From positions 974-64,973 of the forward strand of contig CAVQUI010000008.1 of the NCBI GenBank assembly GCA_963716775.1: 64,000 bases of DNA, written 5' to 3'. The position numbers and the translations under genes are program-made. This document shows, one piece after another, positions 8,723-17,556 of the stretch (within the stretch, counting starts at the first letter, position 1; every line of letters starts with the position of its first letter). The notes beneath the pieces are model-generated. The model did no database searches, had not been told where the DNA came from, and saw only the letters and a list, made by a program, of their open reading frames with translations. Source of the stretch: an uncultured delta proteobacterium (GTDB taxonomy: Bacteria; Myxococcota_A; Polyangia; Polyangiales; Houyiibacteriaceae).

Positions 8723-10389
8723 GCTGCTGCTCCTTCGTGCTCGATGGGTTTGGAAATCTCGATGTGCTCGTCCATTTGCGCCTGAATCGCGGAGTTCTCG
8801 GAAACGATCAGGAGCCCGCTCTCGGGATCTTCGGACAAGGATTCGGTGATGCGGGCGCCTGCTATGGGGTCAATTTGATCGAGGGTGCGGTCGAGGATCA
8901 AGAGCGAGGGCTTGCCGGCTAGCGCTCTTGCGATCGTCAGCGCGACCAACTCTGTTCGAGAGAGTGGTGCTCCGCCTCTCGAGAGAGGCGTCTGAAGGCC
9001 TTCCGGAAGGGACTTCACCGTCTCTGCAATACCGACCTGCGCCAGTGCTTCCCATGCATCTTCGGCGGACAGGCCCGACTTGGCAGCTCGAAGATTGTCC
9101 AAGATGCAGCCTGGGAAAACCTCGGCACCGCGCACTAGCGCGATGCGGTCACGGAGCGCTCCCAGAGAGAGGTCGCGAACGTCGTGACCTCCTAGCTCGA
9201 TCACCCCTGCTTTCGGAGCGCGCAGTCCAAAGATCGAATCGACCAGCGCAGTGGTCTCACGCTCGGTGCCGGCAATCGACACTCGCTTCCCGGGGTTGAC
9301 CCGAAGCGAGACGCGGGTCGGCCGGACTGCGAGGTCTGAGTCGATCTCCACGTCATCCAAGAGCAGTCCGCTCCCCGCACTGCCGTCCGGGGGCAGAATC
9401 TCACCATCGCTTCGTTCCAAGGGCAGATCCAGGATCTCGCCCAACTTGTCCACCGCCGCGACCAGGTCGTAGAACGTCTCGACCTTGCCGCCGAGCTTCG
9501 CGAGGGACGCCACCACGGCGGTCACGATGAGCTCCGCGGCGACGAGCTGACCGATCGAGAGCTGACGCTCGATCACCAGCAACCCGCCGACGGCAAGCAG
9601 CGCCACGCTGGCCACGACCTCGATGCTGAGCGCGCCGACGACTTGTCGATAGACGATCCGGAAGTGTCGATCGCGCTGGTCGAGGTACGATCTCGCGAGC
9701 GTCTCGACTTGAAGCCGCGCGAGGTCATCGCCGCCGGCGAGCTTGAACGAGAGGGGATGGCGCGCCATCTCCTCGAGCCAGCCAACCACCGCGTACTTGG
9801 CTTTGGACTCGGCGATGCTCGTCGCCGTGCCGCCACGCCCGAGCGGAATCAATACAAAGGCCGCGCCTAGGATGAGCACTAGATCGAACGCCAGCAGCGC
9901 CGGATGATAGAAGGCGAGAACGATCAAGCCCACCAGAGCGATCAAGACCGCATCGATACCGCCGAGCAGCAGGGACGCCACGCTCTTTTGCGTCGTGAAC
10001 ACGTCGAAGAATCGGTTGAGGAGCTCGGGACCGTTTGCGTCACGAAGCGCAGTCCCGCTCACTCGAGGCAGGCGAGCGCCTATTTCGGTCACCAACCTGA
10101 CGAACAACCTGCGTTGCAGCATCTCGGCGATGCGGATTTGGAGCGCGCGGAGAATTCCGGCCCCCGTCAACGCAAGCCCCAACAAGACCGTCAGCACGAC
10201 GAGCGGCTGAATTAACGATCCAAAGGCGACAGTATTGACGAGCGACTGCACCGCGACGGGCACCGCAAGCGACAAGAGCCCGAGCGCCACGCCATAGATG
10301 ACGATGACAGCGATGTCCTGCCCGTCGAGCGCAAGGAGCTGGCGGGCGCGGCGAAGCGGAGACGGACGTGCAGAAGCCCTGTGATTCAT
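8719..10389 (-). CDS. ABC exporter half-transporter (TMD plus degenerate NBD), type I secretion-like
   Basis: ABC type-1 TM domain ('ELLNRFFDV', 'GQLVAAELIV') followed by an NBD fold with eroded Walker A, signature, Walker B and H-loop. Confidence 0.85.
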   Translation of the reverse strand: MNHRASARPSPLRRARQLLALDGQDIAVIVIYGVALGLLSLAVPVAVQSLVNTVAFGSLIQPLVVLTVLLGLALTGAGILRALQIRIAEMLQRRLFVRLVTEIGARLPRVSGTALRDANGPELLNRFFDVFTTQKSVASLLLGGIDAVLIALVGLIVLAFYHPALLAFDLVLILGAAFVLIPLGRGGTATSIAESKAKYAVVGWLEEMARHPLSFKLAGGDDLARLQVETLARSYLDQRDRHFRIVYRQVVGALSIEVVASVALLAVGGLLVIERQLSIGQLVAAELIVTAVVASLAKLGGKVETFYDLVAAVDKLGEILDLPLERSDGEILPPDGSAGSGLLLDDVEIDSDLAVRPTRVSLRVNPGKRVSIAGTERETTALVDSIFGLRAPKAGVIELGGHDVRDLSLGALRDRIALVRGAEVFPGCILDNLRAAKSGLSAEDAWEALAQVGIAETVKSLPEGLQTPLSRGGAPLSRTELVALTIARALAGKPSLLILDRTLDQIDPIAGARITESLSEDPESGLLIVSENSAIQAQMDEHIEISKPIEHEGAAA

Positions 10390-10438
10390 GATATTTTAAA
10401 CATGATATATAATACAGGCTTGTCAATACCTGTATTAT
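10386..10438. promoter_or_regulatory. AT-rich divergent promoter/operator region between the ABC operon and the winged-helix regulator
   Basis: Perfect inverted repeat ATAATACAGG-N10-CCTGTATTAT (10409-10438) whose spacer contains TTGACA on the minus strand. CATGATAT occurs twice (10387, 10401). Confidence 0.65.
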
Positions 10439-10459
10439 GTTTTATGTAAAAGAAGTCAT

Positions 10460-10759
10460 ATGAATGCCAAGCCGATCATGGAAACCCCTCCGTCCTGGAC
10501 TTTCCTCAGTAATCACGGACACGTACTGGTGTGCATCGTACGCGACCCGAACGTTCGCGTCCGCGAAATTGCGCAGGCGGTGGGCCTCACCGAGCGTGCC
10601 GTACAGCGAATCTTGAGCGAGCTGGAGGAGGCAAGCGTGATCGTTCGAACCCGCCAGGGGCGCCGAACCCACTACGAAGTCAACGAGCATTTGCCCCTGC
10701 GCCACCCGATCGAGGCAGAGCACTCGGTCGGCGAGCTGGTGCGAGCGGTTCGGTCTTGA
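10460..10759 (+). CDS. Small winged-helix transcriptional regulator (MarR/ArsR-like 'WTFLxNH' group)
   Basis: 'WTFLSNHGHVL...REIAQAVGLTERAVQRILSELEE...GRRTHY...LRHPIE'; alternative start at 10478. Confidence 0.9.
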   Translation: MNAKPIMETPPSWTFLSNHGHVLVCIVRDPNVRVREIAQAVGLTERAVQRILSELEEASVIVRTRQGRRTHYEVNEHLPLRHPIEAEHSVGELVRAVRS

Positions 10760-10877
10760 CGCATTGACGTCCGCATCGTCCACCCCATCAAAAGGGGGTG
10801 CGCGTGCTCAACGCATTGCAGACGGAAGAGCTCACGGCCTGCGGCTGGAACCCAGGAGAGCCCACCTTGGACGCTGC

Positions 10878-11327
10878 GTGACGCTTCTCACACAAGTCGC
10901 GACCACCTGGGCAATGACGGGCATCATCTGGTTCGTCCAGCTAGTGCAGTACCCGTCGTTCGCTCAGGTGGACTCTGCGTCTTTCCCCGGTTTTCACGCC
11001 CATCATTCAAAAGCGATTTCAGTCATCGTCGCCCCCTTGATGGTCGCCGAAGCGATCTCGGCCATTGCATTTCTCTGGGAGCCACTGAGTGTCCAGACGG
11101 CTTGGCAAGTCTGGCTTGGAATCGGGTTGATTGTGTTGATCTGGGCGTCGACCTTTCTACTGCAGGTTCCTGCGCACAGCCGGCTCGGATCAGGTTTCGA
11201 GGAGGCGAGCTGGCGAATGCTGTTACGCTCGAACTGGCTGAGAACGATCGCCTGGTCGGCGAGGGCCGTCCTGGTGAGTTATTGGCTGTACGAGACGCTC
11301 GATGCTGGCAAACAAATGGGCGTCTAG
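10878..11327 (+). CDS. Conserved 4-TM hypothetical membrane protein
   Basis: 'GIIWFVQLVQYPSF', 'HHSKAISVIVAPLM', 'QVPAH', 'NWLRTIAW'. The AGGAG upstream of an out-of-frame TTG (10867) suggests a small indel at the start. Confidence 0.7.
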   Translation: MTLLTQVATTWAMTGIIWFVQLVQYPSFAQVDSASFPGFHAHHSKAISVIVAPLMVAEAISAIAFLWEPLSVQTAWQVWLGIGLIVLIWASTFLLQVPAHSRLGSGFEEASWRMLLRSNWLRTIAWSARAVLVSYWLYETLDAGKQMGV

Positions 11328-12259
11328 CGCGCTAGGGCGCGGAACTCGACGCCGAGGCTGGCGGTGATGAAGCTGAGCCAGTTCTTGGTGTAGCCGTCGC
11401 TCAGGGGAGCCGGGTCGCTCTCCGTTCCAACGGCGCCTCCGCCCAAGTAGCGCAGGTTGAAGAAGACCGCGACGCGGTCGGTGAAGTCGTAGCCGACACG
11501 GAGGCTCGCATCGAGCAACGCGCCTGTGATCTCGTTACTACTGCCGTTGATTCCGCTGATGGGCGCATAGATCCCGTCGATCTCGGTGCCCCACCAGACG
11601 CCGTTGTCAAAGCCCCAGCGACCCCGGAACTTGAGTGCTGGCACAGGCCCGATGTCACGGCGGTCAGCGCGCAAGCTACCGTCCGCCGAGGTGAAGACGA
11701 TGGTGGCGTTTCGGATCTGAAGCGAAAAGCCGATCGACACCTCATCGCCGGCGCGTCGTAAGAAGTCGTATAGGTAGCTGATTCTCCAAAACGGGAATCC
11801 GTAGGTCGAGTTGAGGGGCGTCCCTTGGGGGAAGAGAACGCCGTCGAAAGTGGTGTCCTGAGTCAGCACCGTTTCCCCGGTGAGCTTCAGCGGCTGATAG
11901 AGGAACACGATGGCGTGCCGCCCTTTGAACTTCAGTTCCGTGCTCAGCCGAAAGAACGGAAAGAGCACGTCTTGGCCGCCGTCGGCGCGGTAGTCGAAAC
12001 GGGTCCCGTCGTTGCCGAGCTGAACGATGTGGCTGGCCACGGCCAGGAACCCAAGCTCGGCTCCAAGAAACCACTCCACGTTGGGCGGCTTTGCGAGTGT
12101 CGCCTTGTACTTCGCGGCGATATTGCTCTCTCCGACGGCTGGGGCGTCGTAAAGGGTGTCATCGCGCTCAGCGTCCTGGGCACGGACCTGCACTGACAGG
12201 AGCAAACTCAAGCCGGCCAACGCAAACCCGAATTTCCAAAACAGTGGCTCCATAGTCAT
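11324..12259 (-). CDS. Hypothetical outer-membrane beta-barrel-like protein
   Basis: Signal peptide (VRA|QD), amphipathic beta-strand pattern, C-terminal 'SLGVEF'. Confidence 0.6.
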   Translation of the reverse strand: MTMEPLFWKFGFALAGLSLLLSVQVRAQDAERDDTLYDAPAVGESNIAAKYKATLAKPPNVEWFLGAELGFLAVASHIVQLGNDGTRFDYRADGGQDVLFPFFRLSTELKFKGRHAIVFLYQPLKLTGETVLTQDTTFDGVLFPQGTPLNSTYGFPFWRISYLYDFLRRAGDEVSIGFSLQIRNATIVFTSADGSLRADRRDIGPVPALKFRGRWGFDNGVWWGTEIDGIYAPISGINGSSNEITGALLDASLRVGYDFTDRVAVFFNLRYLGGGAVGTESDPAPLSDGYTKNWLSFITASLGVEFRALAR

Positions 12260-12342
12260 CCGATGCTGGGGCTAAGCTAGCACGTCGACGCAGGGGATCC
12301 ACAGCGCTCGGCGAGCGGCGCTCGAAGGGGTCCGCGAGCCCA

Positions 12343-12355
12343 TTGTCCAGGACAA
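12343..12355. promoter_or_regulatory. Palindromic candidate operator TTGTCC-A-GGACAA
   Basis: Lies in a divergent intergenic region; the identical 11-bp core recurs at 25824-25834. Confidence 0.4.
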
Positions 12356-12411
12356 AGAGGAATTCTGGAGGGCCACTTACGATTCCACCGCGCGTTGCTA
12401 TACGCAACACA

Positions 12412-12558
12412 ATGAGCAGGACATCGATCTTCACATCGTCGCTCGCCGTCGCACAGGCCCTCGGCGGCGAGGACGGGTTCCTGTGCGAGCCTCAGCCGAA
12501 CTGCGAGCTCCCGTGCTTCAACGACGTTTGGCGCTACGCTTTTCCGACGAACCAGTGA
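12412..12558 (+). CDS. Putative 48-aa small protein with three Cys
   Basis: ATG at 12412; its TGA overlaps the GTG start of the next gene (GTGA). Confidence 0.35.
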   Translation: MSRTSIFTSSLAVAQALGGEDGFLCEPQPNCELPCFNDVWRYAFPTNQ

Positions 12559-14075
12559 CCCGAGAGACTCACAAACCCGACGTCGTCGTGATAGGGGCTG
12601 GCTTCGGCGGATTGGCCTGCGCACTGCGACTCGCCGAGCTGGGTGCCGACGTCGTCTTATGCGAGACGCTGCGCTATCCGGGAGGCTGCGCCAGCACCTT
12701 CACTCGGAGTGGGTATCAATTCGAAGCCGGTGCAACTCTCTTTTCCGGGCTCGGTGACGGACAACTTTTCTCCAATTGGAACGACAACTGGGATCTCGGA
12801 GTTCGCTTCGATCCCATTGACCCGCTCGTCGAGCTACGCACAGGGCAATGGTCGCTCCCGATTCCACCGGACCGGGATTCGTTCTTTCTGCGATTCAGTG
12901 AGCTGCCGGGCGCGGATTCCGAAGCGCTGCGCGGCTTCTTCCGGACCCAGCATCGAATGGCGGACTCACTGTGGAAGCTGTTTGAAGACCCAAGCCTCCT
13001 GCCGCCGCTGAGCAGCCGCTCCGTACTACGTCATCTCGGGCGGTCGTTGTCCTACGGCCCTGTAGTTCGGTGGATGGGACGTTCTCTTGCCGATGTGGTG
13101 TCGCACCACGGCCTTGCGGGCTGCGAGCCATTGCGGGTCTACCTCGATGCGGTGAGTCAGATTACCGTCCAAGCCAGCTCCAACGAAGCCGAGGCGCCGT
13201 TCGCGATGGCAGCCATCGACTACTTCTTTCGGGGCACCGGCCATGTTCACGGGGGAATCGGAAGCCTGGCTTGGGCTTTGGTACGCGCCGTTGAGAAGGC
13301 AGGCGGTAGGGTTAGGCTTGCAAATCGCGTGCACGGAATTCGGCGCGAAGGAAATGAATGGCATGTGGACACTCGGCAAGGCGAGCTCCAAGCGCGGACC
13401 GTGGTGGCCAATGTCCTGCCCCAGTCCCTGTCCGCAATGACGGAGCCCCAGATGAACGGAGAGCTCAGTGATGTCGAAGCTGCGGTCGAGTCCGGATGGG
13501 GCGCGGCGATGCAGTATCTCGTCGTCGACGCGAAGGCGGTCGAAAGTGCTGGCGCCCACCACTTGCAGCTGGTCGATGAAGAGAGCGCGCCGTTCGTAGA
13601 GGGTAATCACGTGTTCTGCTCGATCAGCGCCGCCGATGAACACGAGCGGGCACCCGACGGACAACGCACGGTGACGGTTTCCACGCACGTGCCCATGCAC
13701 AAGCTCCGCGACCTCGACCCGAAAGATCAGGGAGCCTACGTGGGGTCGATTCAGGACCGAATGCGAGAGACCATAGGTCGGCGGGCACCCGAGCTCCTCG
13801 AGCACTCGGTCTTCGAAATGACAGCTAGCCCTCGAACCTTCGCAAGATTCACGGGGCGACATCAGGGCTACGTCGGAGGGGTGCCGCGGCGCGTGGGATT
13901 GAGGCACTATCGGCCACGCGCGCTTTGGCCGCGTCAGCCATCCCCTGGTCTTTATCTGGTGGGTGATTCGGTGCTGCTCGGGCAGAGCACCCTCGCAGTA
14001 GCGCTTGGTGGGGTGCGCACGGCCGAACGGATCGCTTCGCAACACGCCTTTCCCGATGGGGTCGCACCGTCATGA
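12555..14075 (+). CDS. crtD: FAD-dependent carotenoid desaturase of the CrtI superfamily, resembling cyanobacterial-type C-3',4' desaturase CrtD
   Basis: 'VVVIGAGFGGL', 'PGGCASTFTRSGYQFEAGAT', 'SPRTFARFTGRHQGYVGG', 'LYLVGDS'. The specific CrtD assignment is tentative. Confidence 0.6.
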   Translation: MTRETHKPDVVVIGAGFGGLACALRLAELGADVVLCETLRYPGGCASTFTRSGYQFEAGATLFSGLGDGQLFSNWNDNWDLGVRFDPIDPLVELRTGQWSLPIPPDRDSFFLRFSELPGADSEALRGFFRTQHRMADSLWKLFEDPSLLPPLSSRSVLRHLGRSLSYGPVVRWMGRSLADVVSHHGLAGCEPLRVYLDAVSQITVQASSNEAEAPFAMAAIDYFFRGTGHVHGGIGSLAWALVRAVEKAGGRVRLANRVHGIRREGNEWHVDTRQGELQARTVVANVLPQSLSAMTEPQMNGELSDVEAAVESGWGAAMQYLVVDAKAVESAGAHHLQLVDEESAPFVEGNHVFCSISAADEHERAPDGQRTVTVSTHVPMHKLRDLDPKDQGAYVGSIQDRMRETIGRRAPELLEHSVFEMTASPRTFARFTGRHQGYVGGVPRRVGLRHYRPRALWPRQPSPGLYLVGDSVLLGQSTLAVALGGVRTAERIASQHAFPDGVAPS

Positions 14076-15558
14076 TTTTCGCTCCCTCCGACCGCGTTCG
14101 CGCCCTCAACGACCTGCCCCTTCGAGCCGATGGTACTCATGTCGTCTATTGGATGGTTGGCTTTCGTCGCCCGAGGTGGAACTTCGCACTCCAGCACGCC
14201 GCTGCGCACGCAGCGCAGCTCGGTAAACCGCTCGTCATTCTCGAAGCGCTTCGCGTCGGTTACCCTTGGGCAAGCGACCGGCTCCATCGATTCATCCTCG
14301 ATGGGATGCGCGCAAATGCGAGGCACCTGAAGGGCAAGAACGTCGTCTACTTCCCCTACGTCGAGGCAAAGGGGGGGACGGACGTGGTCTGCTGGCGGCA
14401 ATCGCCAAAAACGCCTGTGTGCTGGTGAGCGATGACTATCCGACATTCTTCATTCCGAAGATGCAAGAGGCGGCGGCCTCCTCGATGGACTTCCGACTAG
14501 AGGTCGTGGACAGCAACGGCCTGCTTCCGATCCGGGCGGGCGATAAGAGCTTCAGCAGAGCGCATGACTTTCGCCGCCACCTACAACGCGAGCTCCCCAA
14601 GCACCTCGGCACCCTGCCCCTGGTGGATCCGCTCGACGGTCTTTCGAAGGTAACCAAGAAGACGAGTGAGATGCTCCTCAGAGCGACGAGCGGACGCTGG
14701 ATTGCCGCATCGGATGATGTGCTCAGCGGAACGACGATCCAATCGTTGCCGCTGGATCACTCCGTGCCTGCAGTCGACCTGGAAGGTGGCTTCGAGGCCG
14801 GCGAACGCCGGCTGGAAGAATTCCTGAGCAACGGCATCGATCGATACGCCGAAGACCGAAACCACCCCGACAAGGGCGGGACCAGCGGCTTTTCGCCGTG
14901 GCTGCATTTCGGCCAGCTCTCGTCACACCAGATCTTCGACGAGCTCAGCAAGAACGAAGGCTGGACTGTCCCCGAAGTCCCGCCGAAGGCGACAGGATCA
15001 CGCGAGGGCTGGTGGGGTATGAGCGTGAACGCGGAGGCGTTCATCGACCAGCTCGTGACCTGGCGGGAGCTCGGCTTCAACATGAGCGCTCATCGATCGG
15101 ACTACGATCGGTACGAGTCACTGCCCGCCTGGGCGCGTCAAACCCTCGAGGAGCACGAAACGGACCCGCGTCCTCATCTCTATTCGCTCGAGGATCTCGA
15201 GCTCGCGAGAACCCACGATCCCATCTGGAACGCTGCTCAAACGGAGCTGCGCGAAACGGGAAGGCTACAGAACTATCTGCGGATGTTGTGGGGAAAGAAG
15301 ATCCTCGAGTGGTCACCGACGCCGAGAGACGCACTCGCGGCGATGATCGAGCTCAACAACAAGTATGCGTTGGACGGTCGCGACCCGAACAGTTACTCCG
15401 GCATCTTCTGGATACTCGGTCGTTATGACCGAGCCTGGGGACCCGAGAGAGCCATCTTCGGAAAGATCCGATACATGAGCTCGGAGAACGCGAAGCGAAA
15501 GCTCCGAATGTCCGACTATCTCAAGCGCTTCGGACCGCCCGCGGATAGACATGAGTAA
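14072..15558 (+). CDS. phrB: Class II CPD photolyase (frameshift at the G-run near 14371-14380)
   Basis: N part 'VVYWM...WNFALQHA'; C part 'SPWLHFGQLS', 'THDPIWNAAQ', 'MLWGKKILEW', 'NNKYALDGRDPN', 'ERAIFGKIRYM'. Confidence 0.9.
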
Positions 15559-16574
15559 GAGTATGCTCGAGCGCGGATTGGTCCCCGACCCGCTTCTACG
15601 CTTTGGCATTCGCCGCATCTGCCAGCATCGGCTTTGGAAACTGCGCCACGCGAGGCCCGACGAGCTAGCGCGCCACGTGGAAGCACTTCGACAAAGCCCC
15701 GTTGCCGCTCAGCCGGAGGCGGCCAACGCACAGCACTATGAAGTGCCCTCCGGCTTCTTCGCGGCGGTCCTCGGGCCGCGCCTGAAGTACAGCTGCTGCA
15801 CCTGGAACGACCAAGCCCGGTCGCTCGCTGACGCGGAGATACGCTGCACTCGTGCAAGTGCAGAACAGAGCGGATCTCGACGATGGCCAGAGGATCCTCG
15901 AGCTCGGCTGCGGTTGGGGGTCGCTCACACTCTGGATGGCCGAGCGCCTTCCGAACGCACAGATCACCGCGATCAGCAACAGTCATGGCCAGCGCGAGTT
16001 CATCGAGCAGAGGGCGCGCGAGCGAGGTCTACACAACGTCCGCCTGATCACAGCCGATGCGAACACTCTCCGTCTCGAGGGTCCGTTCGACCGCGTCGTT
16101 TCGATCGAGATGTTCGAGCACATGCGCAACTGGGAGGCGCTACTGTCGCGCATCGCCGGCTGGCTCTCCGACGACGGCAAGCTCTTCGTTCATGTCTTCG
16201 CCCACGAACGCTACGCCTACCTCTACGAAGACCAAGGGCCTTCCGATTGGATGGCTCGCCACTTCTTTACGGGGGGACAGATGCCCTCCGATGACCTCTT
16301 GCTCGCATTCCACAATGACCTCGTCGTCACCGAACGGTGGCGTCTTGGCGGAGAGCACTACGCGAAGACCTCGAACGCTTGGCTCGCGAATTTGGATCTT
16401 CATCGAGACGAGGCCCTCGCGGCACTCGGGACGGTGACCGACCAGGACGAGGCTCACAGGGCCTACCATCGCTGGCGCATCTTCTTCATGGCCTGCGCTG
16501 AGCTCTTCGGGTATCGCGATGGACGCGAGTGGGGCGTGAGCCAGTACCTTCTGCGGAAGCGGAAGGCCGAGTGA
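15551..16574 (+). CDS. SAM-dependent methyltransferase of the cyclopropane-fatty-acid synthase/coclaurine N-methyltransferase family (frameshift near 15840)
   Basis: 'ANAQHYEVP...LGPRLKYSCC', then 'ILELGCGWGSL', 'VVSIEMFEHMRN', 'WRIFFMACAELF'. Confidence 0.88.
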
Positions 16575-16611
16575 AGGTGCGGACCGCTAGCAAGACCGCC
16601 AGCGCTGAGCG

Positions 16612-17556
16612 CTAGCAGCCGGCGTACGGCAGGCCGTCGAGGTGCTCTCGAAGTTGTTTTCGATAGGCTGCTCTCGGTGGCCTGACCGTCAGCCTGAGCC
16701 ACATCCCCGTTGCTCCGACTACGAGGGCCAGCTTCTTGGACCAGGGAACCACAACTCGCCCCCGCATCGGATTGCTCTTATAGCTGCGGCGAAGCCGTCG
16801 GCCGATGCCTTGATACAGGCGGCTCGCGACGAGGATCGCCCAGCGGGCGCGAGTCGGCAAAAAACGCATTCCCTCGTCCGCGCTCCGATAGTAGCCGTCC
16901 GCCATCACGAGCACTTCGTCCACTACCAAGCTCACTGCCTGTGGGTCGGCTTCTCCTTGGATGAGATCATCTGCGTCAACGCCGTATGCGTTGAGGCGCG
17001 CGGTCGGCAGGTATACCCTCGACGCCTGCGCATCTTCGAGCACGTCGCGTGAGATGTTTGTCAGCTGCATCGCAATCCCGAGGTCGATCGCGTGACGCCA
17101 TGCGCGCGGATCGCGGACCCCGAGCACGGAGCACATCATCAAGCCGACGGTGCCCGCCACACGGTAGCAGTACCGCAGCAGCTCCCTGTCGGACTGAAGT
17201 CGTACCAGGCCAAGATCCGAGGTCATTCCGTTCAGCAGCTCGCCAACGACGTTGAAATCGATGCCGCACTGGAGACAAAGCTCCCGAAACCAGAGGTAGC
17301 TCTCTGGCCAGAGCGACTCGCCGTCCGGCTCCGCTGCGAGCGCCGCACGCATTTTCTCGAGGTCTTGCCGCGCCTCAGGCGTTACCCACTCTGCGTCGGC
17401 GAGATCATCGACTGCTCGGCAGAACGCGTAAAGGGCGACGACCCTTTGGCGCTGCGCGCGGCTGAGGAAGGCAGCCGCCCAGCGGAAGGACCGCGCGCGG
17501 AATGCCAGAACCTGCCAATGTGCGATGTCGCGCGCCTGCTCTTCGTTCGTGCTCAT
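16612..17556 (-). CDS. crtB: Phytoene synthase
   Basis: 'LYAFCRAVDDLAD', 'YCYRVAGTVGLMM', 'LGIAMQLTNISRDVLED', 'RVYLP'. Confidence 0.95.
   Translation of the reverse strand: MSTNEEQARDIAHWQVLAFRARSFRWAAAFLSRAQRQRVVALYAFCRAVDDLADAEWVTPEARQDLEKMRAALAAEPDGESLWPESYLWFRELCLQCGIDFNVVGELLNGMTSDLGLVRLQSDRELLRYCYRVAGTVGLMMCSVLGVRDPRAWRHAIDLGIAMQLTNISRDVLEDAQASRVYLPTARLNAYGVDADDLIQGEADPQAVSLVVDEVLVMADGYYRSADEGMRFLPTRARWAILVASRLYQGIGRRLRRSYKSNPMRGRVVVPWSKKLALVVGATGMWLRLTVRPPRAAYRKQLREHLDGLPYAGC

Noticed and set aside
12478-12550. Resemblance of 'FLCEPQPNCELPCFND...AFP' to the connexin extracellular-loop motif
   Set aside because: A 48-aa ORF with no TM helices and different Cys spacing; most likely chance.
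14365-14385. Programmed frameshift or phase variation at the photolyase G-run
   Set aside because: Cannot be told apart from the many other homopolymer indels in this assembly.
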